DNA of 64,000 nt from Nitrosopumilus sp. (GTDB lineage: Archaea; Thermoproteota; Nitrososphaeria; Nitrososphaerales; Nitrosopumilaceae): assembly GCA_965207075.1 (NCBI GenBank), contig CBDBLO010000002.1, positions 1,024,001-1,088,000 on the forward strand, read 5' to 3'. A program made the translations under genes and the position numbers. Positions 38,932-49,551 of the stretch are shown here, piece by piece (position 1 is the stretch's first letter; each line of letters begins with the position of its first letter). Under the pieces are notes generated by a model. The model had not been told where the DNA came from. It made no database searches and saw nothing but the letters and a program-made list of their open reading frames with translations.

Positions 38932-39639
38932 ATGCGCGTGGCAGGAAAGAAGGCTCCCGTGATTGCCGTCGCGATAGTTGCCGTCGCGGTAGTTGCCGCC
39001 GTCGCCTCTGTAATGATGGAATCCGGCACGGCACCCGCCGCGGACGTGGCAGGGGACGACACCCCGGCGCCCTACCCGGACAGGGTATACGGCGGCATCG
39101 ACACAAGCAACGGCTCGCCGATTCTGGGCGACCCGTCTGCGCCGGTCACGATAGTGGAGTTTGGGGACTACCAGTGCCACTTTTGCGAGATATGGCACAG
39201 CCAGACCCTGCCGCCCCTGGTGGATGACTTCATATCTACAGGCAAGGCCAAGCTGGTGTTTGTGGACTTTGCGTTTCTAGGAAATGACTCTCCTGGCGCG
39301 GCGCAGGCCTCTCATTGCGCCGGTGATCAGGGCATGTACTGGGAATACCACGACATGCTGTACGAGTCGCAGCAGAGCCGGATAGACGGGGGATGGGCGT
39401 CGCCTGCGAACCTGAGGGGCTTTGCAGTGCAGGTGGGCCTTGACATTGACACCTTCAACGAGTGCATGTCGTCTAAAAAATACGCCGAACGCGTCTCCTT
39501 TAACACCCGGACGGGGGCCGGGCATGGCGTGGATGCGACCCCGGCATTCTTTATAGTGGGTGGTAGCGGGGACTCGGTGATGATCCCCGGGGCGCAGCCG
39601 TACGGCACCTTCATCCAGGTGATCAACTCGCTGAGCTGA
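38932..39639 (+). CDS. DsbA/thioredoxin-like membrane-anchored oxidoreductase
   Basis: EFGDYQCHFC, GVDATP, GAQP. Confidence 0.9.
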   Translation: MRVAGKKAPVIAVAIVAVAVVAAVASVMMESGTAPAADVAGDDTPAPYPDRVYGGIDTSNGSPILGDPSAPVTIVEFGDYQCHFCEIWHSQTLPPLVDDFISTGKAKLVFVDFAFLGNDSPGAAQASHCAGDQGMYWEYHDMLYESQQSRIDGGWASPANLRGFAVQVGLDIDTFNECMSSKKYAERVSFNTRTGAGHGVDATPAFFIVGGSGDSVMIPGAQPYGTFIQVINSLS

Positions 39640-39648
39640 TGACCCGTC

Positions 39649-40113
39649 ATGCTGCGCATGGTGTTTTCTGACGCAAGGTTTTCTGCAATGGCGGCCGCGG
39701 TATTTGCCGTCCTGGCATTCGCCCTGCTGTTCATGTCCGAGTATATTTTTCTGGAGCCATATCTTGTTGGGCACGTTCCAAGGGACAGCGAGCTGGGGCT
39801 GGCGCTGATAATACTGATTGCCGCAATGTCCGCGGTGGCAATCCCTGCAAACGTGTACCGCGTCGTCATGCTGAGCAGCCCGGGGCGGAAGATGGGTGGC
39901 GGAATCGCCGGCTCCGTGCTGGGCACGGCCGCGGGAGCCTGCAGCTGCGGACCGGTAGGATTTGCCGTAATCTCCACCTTTGGGACGGTGGGAGCAACTG
40001 CCACGGCGTTCCTTACAGAGTACGAGCTGCCGCTTCGGATCGTCTCCGCCTGCATCCTGGCCCTGACCCTTGTAACCACCCACCGGTCGTTCTCGGCCGA
40101 GTGCCGGTTCTAG
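39649..40113 (+). CDS. Membrane protein with CxC motif
   Basis: 4 TM, GACSCGP; operonic with DsbA. Confidence 0.75.
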   Translation: MLRMVFSDARFSAMAAAVFAVLAFALLFMSEYIFLEPYLVGHVPRDSELGLALIILIAAMSAVAIPANVYRVVMLSSPGRKMGGGIAGSVLGTAAGACSCGPVGFAVISTFGTVGATATAFLTEYELPLRIVSACILALTLVTTHRSFSAECRF

Positions 40114-40394
40114 CCCGCTGCGTGACTATATTTTGATCAAATTGACAACTTTTTCTAATCACGATGCATATCTTGCAGCTGCGTGCACGGTACATTGTGA
40201 CACATCTCTATGTTCCCGTCAGGCCCGGGCGCCGGGCTCCCGACTATGACGGGTCAGAGGAATCGGCGGCAGAAGAGTCGGAATAGCGGATCGTATTCCT
40301 GCGTGTGCTTCTTGCCGTCGGCATGGACGCGCAGGGCGCCGGCTCGACGTGCCCGTTTTTGATCTATTTATGTGACCGCACGGGACGGTTCCAC

Positions 40395-41381
40395 ATGGCC
40401 TGGAATCTGAAGCTTGCGGCCGCGATATTGATCGTGTCGGGGCCGATACTCTTTGCAGTCGTTGCGTACCCTGAGTCCATAACGTGGAGCTGGAACGAGG
40501 GGCGGGGCGGATACCTGTTCGGGCTGATATTCGTGGTGGCTGAGTTGGCGGGCCTCAAGCTTGCAGTTTCTGAAAGGCGGCTGGCCGCAGCCGCGCCTCT
40601 CGCGGCCGCAACAATTGCATACCTGTATCTGCTGGAAAACGGGCTGCGGGATCAGATAACTGAGGCCTCGTCCCAGTTTGACGTCCAGCTCGTATACTCG
40701 TGGACGTGGATGTGGGACTTTGTGATAATGGCCGTCTTTATGGTGGCCGCGCTGCATGTGATATTTGGCAGGAGGTGGTTTAGAATCGCGCCGGCGGGCC
40801 CGATATTTCTGACCGGCACCGCGATAATACTGTCGCTTGACGCGTTCTTTCCGTATGACACGCTGGGCCCGCTGCAGTACGTCGTGCCGTATCTGGTCCA
40901 GGCAAACGTCTGGCTTGTCGAGGCGCTTGATCTCGGCACCGCGATTGCACGCGACAACCTGATGCTTCTGAGGGGTGACCACGGCTCGATCGCGCTCCGC
41001 GTGTTCTGGCCGTCGGCAGGGGTGCACAGTGTAGTCATATTCTCGCTTGTAATCGGCGCGTTCATGCTGAAGATGAACATTCCGCGGGGCCGCAAGCTGG
41101 CATACTTTGGGATCGGCATTGCTGGCACCATTGTGGTGAACATGATACGCATATTCTCCTTGTCGTGGTACGCGCTCAAGGTCACGGCCGATCCCGTGGC
41201 ATGGGAAGAGTACCACAAGATTGCCGGCGAGATAATGTTCCTGCCTTGGCTCTTTGGGTTCATACTTGTGGTGATTGCAATAGAGTCGCGGCGGCTCAGG
41301 AGGCAGGAGGCGGCCGAGTCCAGGGCTGCCTCTTCTGGCCGCGGCGGCGTCGGCGGCGTCGGCGGCGTCGGAGAGGACTAG
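40395..41381 (+). CDS. Thaumarchaeosortase (exosortase/archaeosortase family)
   Basis: Multi-TM; VFWPSAGVHS (Ser at the catalytic Cys position), NMIRI, H of YHKIAG. Confidence 0.85.
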   Translation: MAWNLKLAAAILIVSGPILFAVVAYPESITWSWNEGRGGYLFGLIFVVAELAGLKLAVSERRLAAAAPLAAATIAYLYLLENGLRDQITEASSQFDVQLVYSWTWMWDFVIMAVFMVAALHVIFGRRWFRIAPAGPIFLTGTAIILSLDAFFPYDTLGPLQYVVPYLVQANVWLVEALDLGTAIARDNLMLLRGDHGSIALRVFWPSAGVHSVVIFSLVIGAFMLKMNIPRGRKLAYFGIGIAGTIVVNMIRIFSLSWYALKVTADPVAWEEYHKIAGEIMFLPWLFGFILVVIAIESRRLRRQEAAESRAASSGRGGVGGVGGVGED

Positions 41382-41503
41382 CGGCCGCACAATCTGCCAC
41401 AGACAGCGCATGCCGCCCGCCTCACGTCGCGCCCCCCCCACACCGCCGTTGTCACCGGCGTCTGCCATGCGCAACTGGTTCTGCCTGGGCCGCCATCTTG
41501 CCG

Positions 41504-42610
41504 TCACGGCTTGAAGAAGCTGGTGATGTCGCTCTGCCCGCGCGCGTCTGAGAGCTCTGTTACCATGACCCCGAGCCTGCGCACCGACATGTTCGCACCC
41601 TGGGATTTCAGCGCCTCTGCAAGTAGGTACTCTGCGTTTTTTTGCAGCTCGTACGCGCTTGCGGTGGGACTCTTGAGAGTCCTTGACCTTGACATGACGC
41701 TGAGGTCGGACTTGACAAACTGGACTCCCACAACTTTGAACATCTGCCTGTTCTCCATTACTGTGCCGTGCACGTCCGAGCAGATCCTCGCCAGGCTCTC
41801 CTTTAGAAACTCGTACCTTCCGGAGTCCTCGCTCAGCGTGACTATGCGGCTGTACTGTATGCGGGGCGCCCTCTCCTTTACCGGCTCCTCGTCTACGCCC
41901 CTTGCCGCATTGTAGATGTACGTGCCGCTCTTCCTGCCGAACTCCTTTGTCAGCAGGAACAGGTCGGCGCCTTTCAGGTCCCTTATGGTTTTGAGGCCCA
42001 TTCTGGAAAGCCTCTGCTCTGTCTTTTTTCCGATTCCCGGTATCTTCACGATCTCAAGCGGCTCTAGGAACGCGTTCACACTGTCGGGCCTCACTATGGT
42101 GAGGCCGTCGGGTTTTTTGTAGTCCGATGCAATCTTTGAGATCATGCGGTTTGGCGATATGCCTATGGAGCACACTATCTTGGTCTTCGTCCTTACTGCA
42201 TTTTTGATCTGCTGGCCCAGCCTTGCGGCCGCATCAAAGCTGAATTCCGTCCTCGCGCCTACGTCAAGGTATGCCTCGTCGCGGCCGACATACTCGAAGA
42301 CGTCTGCAAACTTGGCGATCTCCTCCATGGACTCCTCGGAGACCTGGGAGTAGTACTTGAAATCGACCGGGATGAACTCCGCGCCGTCCGCACCTGCAAG
42401 CTTTCTCTTCGCAAAGGATATGGGCATTCCCGACTTTACGCCGTATTTTCTTGCAATATAGTTTGCAGTTGCTATGGCCCCGCTGTCACCCCCCCTGTCA
42501 GAATAGACGCAGACGCAAACGGGCCTCGTCTTCATGATGGGGTTTCGTATCTCCTCGCACTGGGCGTAAAAATAATCAAAGTCCACGTGCATGACTATCC
42601 GGCCTGACAT
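41504..42610 (-). CDS. dinB: DNA polymerase IV (Y-family)
   Basis: HVDFDYFYAQ, ATANY.AR..GVKSGM, GRDEAYLD, KIASD..KPDG, IPGIG. Confidence 0.95.
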   Translation of the reverse strand: MSGRIVMHVDFDYFYAQCEEIRNPIMKTRPVCVCVYSDRGGDSGAIATANYIARKYGVKSGMPISFAKRKLAGADGAEFIPVDFKYYSQVSEESMEEIAKFADVFEYVGRDEAYLDVGARTEFSFDAAARLGQQIKNAVRTKTKIVCSIGISPNRMISKIASDYKKPDGLTIVRPDSVNAFLEPLEIVKIPGIGKKTEQRLSRMGLKTIRDLKGADLFLLTKEFGRKSGTYIYNAARGVDEEPVKERAPRIQYSRIVTLSEDSGRYEFLKESLARICSDVHGTVMENRQMFKVVGVQFVKSDLSVMSRSRTLKSPTASAYELQKNAEYLLAEALKSQGANMSVRRLGVMVTELSDARGQSDITSFFKP

Positions 42611-42616
42611 GGGATT

Positions 42617-44260
42617 GTGACGCCGTGCCTGTTATTATTTTTCTGGGAACTGTTGCGGATTCGGTGGGTCAGTCCAGGTCTCCCGCAGCTTTGGACGTTG
42701 TTTCTCCGCGTGGCCTTGCACGTGGGAACGCGCCGGTGCTTGGTTCTCGCACCCCCGCGAGGGGCCCCCAACAAAGCAGTTGAGGCGCGCGTCCAGTTCG
42801 CGTCTGACGAGGGCCGTTCCGGCCCCCCTGCCTGCCCCTGTGTGATCGGAGGGCGGCAGGCCGTTCCTTCCGATTACCACGGCCGCGTTGACGTCGGCCT
42901 GCTGAACGTAATGGCATTTAGTGCACCTGAACATGTCGCGCGTAACCCGTGACTTTGGATCCACGTGGGGGCAGCGGGCGCACGTCTGGGACGTACGGCG
43001 CGGATCCACCGTCATGATCCGGATGCCCGCGAGCTCGGCGCGGTTCCTGATCCTCTGTTCGATCATATGATGGCGGACGAATCGCATCTCGCGGTTCATG
43101 CCTTTCTTGTGCCGGCCTCCCTTGCGGGTCATCTTGCCAATCTTGAGGTCCTCCAGTGTAATGGTGTGTGGGTCGTGATCCGTGCAGATGTGCTTGGCCG
43201 CCACGCATTCGGCGTACGCGCGGCGGCTTGCAGCCCTTTGGAGCCGTCCGCGGATGCGGGCGTGGAGCCTGCGGAAGCGGTCGGAGTGCCTGTTCATTTT
43301 TGACGCCTTGGACTGCATCCTTTGGTGCCATTGGCGGTCTGCCCTGAAGGGCGAGACCGTATCGTAGGAGTCTGAGCTGGTGACCGTGCCGTCCGGGGGC
43401 ATGGTGGCGACGACCGTGGGCTCGACCGTGCCGCGGTCGATTCCCTTGACGGTCGGGTTCACCGGTATGTTCCACTGCGGGATTTTGACGCGGCAGGTCA
43501 CGTACAGCAGGTACGATTTGCCGTGCGGGGCGAACTCGTAGGAGCGCGGTTCGTGTTCCATTACCTGGTTGGGAATGTTGGCGCGCACCGCGCCGAATCT
43601 GGGAAGCCTGAGCGTGCAGGAATCCTCCACGCGGGGGGCCAAGGGGCATTTCAGCGACGTGTTGGGCGCGCGCCTCTTTGTGCGGTACCTGAGGCCGCCG
43701 CGGCCGTACCTCGCGGACAGCCTGCGGGCGGTAAGCGCGTCCCGTATGCCCGCGCGCTGGACGGCAACCGGGAGTGACCGAATCCAGTCATGCGCGCGGC
43801 GCATGACAGTGAGTTCCGCGTGAAGCCCGTACTCCGTAACCGGCTCGCCCGACCTTGCGCGCGAGACGGCCCAGTTGTACGCGTGGCGCTGTCCGTCTGT
43901 GAGCCTGCGGATCTCGGCCTTTTGGTCTGCCGCAAGGTGCACGGGGATGCGGTACTTGCGGTAAGTATACATGCGCTTGGCGGGTGGCAAGTGGTTATAT
44001 TCGTTGTTGCGGGCTTCCGCCCGCCGTATTCGCAACAGCACCTTTTTCTGCATGTCTGGTGACCCTTGATGTGCAAACGTCACTGCCTGCATTGCAGGCT
44101 GGAGGCCGACTGAACCCCCGCCTACCCCCATACGCGACGTTTCTGATGCCCTCCCGTGATGTGGCGGCCTTCTTGGAGGCATTCATATCCGCGCCGTACT
44201 CTCGGGCGGCGGCGATGATGATCATAGGAGCGCGCATGCCTGCTAGCCCTCCTATAGGCG
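42617..44260 (-). mobile_element. IS200/IS605-superfamily solo-TnpB element (left end approximate)
   Basis: tnpB without tnpA; upstream hairpins at 44146-44182 and 44224-44257; candidate right end GTCAC at 42617. Confidence 0.65.
42635..44053 (-). CDS. tnpB: RNA-guided endonuclease TnpB
   Basis: RHAYNW, KGIDRG (RuvC-I), LEDL (RuvC-II), TSQTCARC..FRCTKC Zn ribbon, ADVNAA (RuvC-III); start uncertain. Confidence 0.92.
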   Translation of the reverse strand: MQKKVLLRIRRAEARNNEYNHLPPAKRMYTYRKYRIPVHLAADQKAEIRRLTDGQRHAYNWAVSRARSGEPVTEYGLHAELTVMRRAHDWIRSLPVAVQRAGIRDALTARRLSARYGRGGLRYRTKRRAPNTSLKCPLAPRVEDSCTLRLPRFGAVRANIPNQVMEHEPRSYEFAPHGKSYLLYVTCRVKIPQWNIPVNPTVKGIDRGTVEPTVVATMPPDGTVTSSDSYDTVSPFRADRQWHQRMQSKASKMNRHSDRFRRLHARIRGRLQRAASRRAYAECVAAKHICTDHDPHTITLEDLKIGKMTRKGGRHKKGMNREMRFVRHHMIEQRIRNRAELAGIRIMTVDPRRTSQTCARCPHVDPKSRVTRDMFRCTKCHYVQQADVNAAVVIGRNGLPPSDHTGAGRGAGTALVRRELDARLNCFVGGPSRGCENQAPARSHVQGHAEKQRPKLRETWTDPPNPQQFPEK

Positions 44261-44315
44261 CATGTGGACGCAGTTATGCCGCGAGATTCAAATTTGCAGA
44301 GGTTTCACACACCTT

Positions 44316-44555
44316 ATGACATCCCCCGTCTATGCTAGTGAGACCGGAATAAAATTCCGACCTGAAGAGATGAAGCCGGAGCGGCTCTATCACTGTATCT
44401 TCAAAGGCAAGGCCATGCTGGTCTTTAAGGACTCGCAGGATGTGCTGAACTGCTATGAGATAGAGGATCTTGATCTTGTTGAGAAGATCTCCAAGTGTTC
44501 TGACGATGGGGAATTGGAGGCCCTCTTTGACGATTACTTGGCTGAACAAAGCTAA
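44316..44555 (+). CDS. Conserved hypothetical protein
   Basis: 79-aa ORF LYHCIFKGK..LNCYEIED. Confidence 0.7.
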   Translation: MTSPVYASETGIKFRPEEMKPERLYHCIFKGKAMLVFKDSQDVLNCYEIEDLDLVEKISKCSDDGELEALFDDYLAEQS

Positions 44556-44598
44556 ATTGTTAAATAAAAGTTAATAGTGAGCATTATGGGAGCAGAGC

Positions 44599-46165
<1,567 letters not shown>

Positions 46166-46185
<20 letters not shown>

Positions 46186-46408
46186 TGTCTGGTATGCTGT
46201 CTTACTGGTTGCAGCGCTCGTCGCATCCATTGCTGTAATACTTGTACTCTCCGTCGATTCATGTGGATTGTCCCATATGGAGATTCTTCGGGGACTTGAC
46301 ACGTATCATGAAACCCTGGATCCGGAACTCTGCCTCGATCTTTTGAACGACATATACAGATTCAACGACATGTGCAGTCCCACAGTTGAGATTATCGACT
46401 GTGGGTGA
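46166..46408 (+). CDS. Small membrane-anchored protein with 4 Cys
   Basis: TM followed by LDPELC..FNDMC..IIDCG; start uncertain. Confidence 0.6.
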
Positions 46409-46504
46409 TGCGCAGGGGCATACGACGCACCATGGGCGGCATCCTACAAATCCCCATGTCCTGCGATATGGTGGCATGCCACACCGCACACGGCCTGCGG
46501 ACTC

Positions 46505-47446
46505 CTACCTTTTCAGCCTTGCAAGCAGGGCCGCGTAAAGAAACGGCATGACTGTCGTGGCCTCCGCATGGAGCGTGGCCTGCCTTGCGTTCTGGGTCAC
46601 CTTTCCCCACGATATGGCCTCCCTGACCAGCGCGCCGCTCAGGCTCCCGTCAAACTCCTGGGCCGTGGTGATGTAAAGCGCATAGTCCAGCCCGTCCCTG
46701 TACTGGTTCCACCACATCGTGTGGTGCTTTGAGATGCCGCCCCCTATCATGAGGGCGCCCGACTTTTTGGCCTTGAATATGTGATCTGAGAGCCGGACCG
46801 AGTCGCCTATTACGTCGAGCCTAAAGTCCGGATGGCTCTGCGCAAACATCCAGATCTGGCTGCCCACCGCGCCGTCCATTATGCCGGGAACTACCACGTC
46901 GGTCCCGTTCTTGGCGGCCCAGTAAAGAAACGAGTCCTCGCCCAGATGCCGCCCTATCATCCTGCATATGTCCGACGTGGTCATGGTCCTCCGGCCGCTG
47001 TCGTACTCCTCTGTCAGGAACGCCTGCATCTTTTCCTCGATGAGCGGCCCGTAACTCTCAAGCGGCACGATCACGCTTCCGAGCCTGTGCATGTCCTCGC
47101 GCGCAAGCTCCGAGTCGTCCATGGTAAACGACCCCTCCCTGTATTCTGCAAAGTGCTTTGCAATGTCGTGGTCCAGCGCGCCGCATGTGGTCACCATCAC
47201 GTCAAACCAGCCGTTTCTTGCCATGTCCTTGATTATGCCGCGCAGCCCCGTGGATACCACGGCTCCCACAAACGAGCAGAACCTCAGGCATTCGCCATCC
47301 GATATCATTTCTGACATGATCTCCAGCCCGTCGTGCATGTTCTTTGCCTCAAACCCCCCGGAACGGGCCATCTCTGCAAACACCCCCTCTATGGTGGTGT
47401 CGCCGTCTATCGCAATGTCCCTGACCGGCCCGCCTGGCTCTGCCAT
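46505..47446 (-). CDS. dys: Deoxyhypusine synthase
   Basis: GGGISKHH, DGSLSGA, EAISWGK. Confidence 0.95.
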   Translation of the reverse strand: MAEPGGPVRDIAIDGDTTIEGVFAEMARSGGFEAKNMHDGLEIMSEMISDGECLRFCSFVGAVVSTGLRGIIKDMARNGWFDVMVTTCGALDHDIAKHFAEYREGSFTMDDSELAREDMHRLGSVIVPLESYGPLIEEKMQAFLTEEYDSGRRTMTTSDICRMIGRHLGEDSFLYWAAKNGTDVVVPGIMDGAVGSQIWMFAQSHPDFRLDVIGDSVRLSDHIFKAKKSGALMIGGGISKHHTMWWNQYRDGLDYALYITTAQEFDGSLSGALVREAISWGKVTQNARQATLHAEATTVMPFLYAALLARLKR

Positions 47447-47534
47447 GACTGCCACGTGCGCTGCGTGACTATAAATGATTCTTCGCGGCCCCATGCCAAG
47501 ACTTTAAACAAGCCTGATCCCCCACCATCCACAG

Positions 47535-48629
47535 ATGGCGGGGCGCATCAGGGTGGGACTGGTAGGCATAGGCAACTGCTTTTCGGGGCTGCTCCAGGGC
47601 ATAGAGTATTATTCGCAGAACCCGTCGCAGGAGGTCATAGGCATAATACACGACAAGCTGGCCGGATACGGCATACACGACATAGACTTTGTGTGCGGGT
47701 TTGACGTGGGCGAGAACAAGGTCGGCAAGACGATCAACGAGGCCATATACGAGTACCCCAACATGGTGGACTGGGTTCCGAGGGGGCAGATGCCAGACAC
47801 GGGCGCCATGGTCTACGAGAGCCCGGCGCTTGACGGCGTGGGGCTCTGGGTCGAGAACCGCGTCAAGCCAATAAAGTCTGCAAAGACCACCGAGCAGCTG
47901 GAGTCGGAGATAAAGGACGTCATAAGGGAGACCGGCACGGAGATAATAGTGTCGTACCTGCCCGTCGGCTCGGACAGGGCCACCGAGTTCTGGGCCCAGG
48001 TGTGCCTCGACGCCGGCGTCGCGTTTGTAAACTGCATACCCTCGTTCATCGCGTCCGACGCAAAGTGGGCCAAGAGGTTCGAGGAGAAGGGGGTGCCGTG
48101 CATAGGCGACGACATCAAGGGCCAGGTGGGCGCGACCATCGTCCACAGGACGCTTGCAAAGCTGTGCAACGATCGAGGCACGAAGATAGAGAAGACGTAC
48201 CAGATCAACGTGGGCGGAAACACCGACTTTCTCAACATGAAGGAGCAGGAACGGCTGGTCTCAAAGAGGATATCAAAGACTGAGAGCGTCCAGAGCCAGC
48301 TTGACAGGCGCCTGGACGACGACCAGATCTACGTGGGGCCGTCTGACTTCATACCGTTTCTGGGCAACACAAAGCTGATGTTTATGAGGATAGAGGGGAG
48401 GCAGTGGGCCAACATACCGTACAACATGGAGGTCCGGCTCGAGGTGGACGACAAGGCCAACTCGGCCGGTATAGTGATAGACGCGATACGGCTGGCGCGC
48501 ATCGCCCTTGACCGCGGCGTGGGGGGTCCGATAATACCCGCAAGCGCGTACCTGATGAAGCACCCGATACGGCAGATGTCCGACGTCAACGCAAAGGCCG
48601 AATGCGAGGCGTTCGTATCCCAAGGCTGA
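47535..48629 (+). CDS. ino1: Myo-inositol-1-phosphate synthase
   Basis: SYLPVGS, GDDIKGQVGAT, NVGGNTDFLNM, DKANSAG. Confidence 0.95.
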   Translation: MAGRIRVGLVGIGNCFSGLLQGIEYYSQNPSQEVIGIIHDKLAGYGIHDIDFVCGFDVGENKVGKTINEAIYEYPNMVDWVPRGQMPDTGAMVYESPALDGVGLWVENRVKPIKSAKTTEQLESEIKDVIRETGTEIIVSYLPVGSDRATEFWAQVCLDAGVAFVNCIPSFIASDAKWAKRFEEKGVPCIGDDIKGQVGATIVHRTLAKLCNDRGTKIEKTYQINVGGNTDFLNMKEQERLVSKRISKTESVQSQLDRRLDDDQIYVGPSDFIPFLGNTKLMFMRIEGRQWANIPYNMEVRLEVDDKANSAGIVIDAIRLARIALDRGVGGPIIPASAYLMKHPIRQMSDVNAKAECEAFVSQG

Positions 48630-48671
48630 CCGGCCCGCGGTGCCGGGACCGCCCTAGGCCCGCCGCGTTGT

Positions 48672-49433
48672 TTACTGAAACGGGTTCTCGTCGGCATACC
48701 TTGCCGCCCTCCGCCGCTCGTACGCCCCCGGCTCCACCTGCATGACTGCATACGACTGGCCGTCTGCCAGCCGCGTCACGCTGGTGTTTACAACGCCGTC
48801 GCCCATCTCGAGGTCCACTGCCATGCTGCCGCCGCCGAACCTGCCGCCGGACACGTTGGCGGCCACTATGGGAATCCTGTTCTCCAGCGCCCTGACCTGC
48901 ACGTACATGCCCCACGGCGCAACGCCCCTGGAGACTATCCTTGAGGGGGAGCATATGACCTGCGCCCCCTTTCTGGCAAGCGTGCGTGCGACGGGGGCAA
49001 AGACCATGTCGTGGCACACGATTATGCCGAACCTGACGCCCTTTGCCTCGAATACGAGGGCCGCCGACCCGGGGCTGACTGAGTCGCGCTCGTATGAGAA
49101 CGGGTGTATCTTCTCCTGCATCCCTGCAATACCCCCGTCTGCCGATATGACGGGCGCCGCTATTACGGTCCTGCGCGCCCCGTCCGCGCCTGCGCGCGTC
49201 CTGTGGTAAAAGGCGCCCGGAATCACGCACATCGAATACTCCCTGGCTATGCGGCCAAACTCTGCGAACCTGGCGCCGAAGTCGTCTACGACGTTGTCTG
49301 AGAGCCACTGCTCGGGCAGGCACACGATGTCTGCCTCCTGCCTGCCCACCTCCGCGAGCAGCCGCGACGCCTCGGCGATCGCCTGGTCGTCGCTCCCGTA
49401 CGGCACGGTCTGGATTACTCCCAGCTTGGCCAT
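48672..49433 (-). CDS. Carbon-nitrogen hydrolase (nitrilase family)
   Basis: LPEQ, EKIHPF, IVCHD Glu-Lys-Cys triad. Confidence 0.9.
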   Translation of the reverse strand: MAKLGVIQTVPYGSDDQAIAEASRLLAEVGRQEADIVCLPEQWLSDNVVDDFGARFAEFGRIAREYSMCVIPGAFYHRTRAGADGARRTVIAAPVISADGGIAGMQEKIHPFSYERDSVSPGSAALVFEAKGVRFGIIVCHDMVFAPVARTLARKGAQVICSPSRIVSRGVAPWGMYVQVRALENRIPIVAANVSGGRFGGGSMAVDLEMGDGVVNTSVTRLADGQSYAVMQVEPGAYERRRAARYADENPFQ

Positions 49434-49551
49434 GCTGCCCCCCGGATGCGGCGTGTTAAAAACGAGCCCATTTGGACAAAAAAAGTGTGCAAATTTGTCA
49501 AGCAAATCCATCGTTATGTTATTTATTCAGGTGCCGTCAGCAGTACATCAT

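Noticed and set aside
40214-40256. SRP RNA-like TCAGGCCCGG hairpin
   Set aside because: Lacks the GNRA loop and AGCA motif of helix 8 and the long flanking helices
40995-41035. Catalytic Cys-to-Ser in the sortase as a novel inactivation
   Set aside because: To my recollection this is a family-wide trait of thaumarchaeosortases
49249-49551. 100-aa N-terminal extension of Smc, and similar extensions on CofE, PHP and EgtD
   Set aside because: Over-called starts overlapping neighbouring genes or promoters; conserved domains begin downstream
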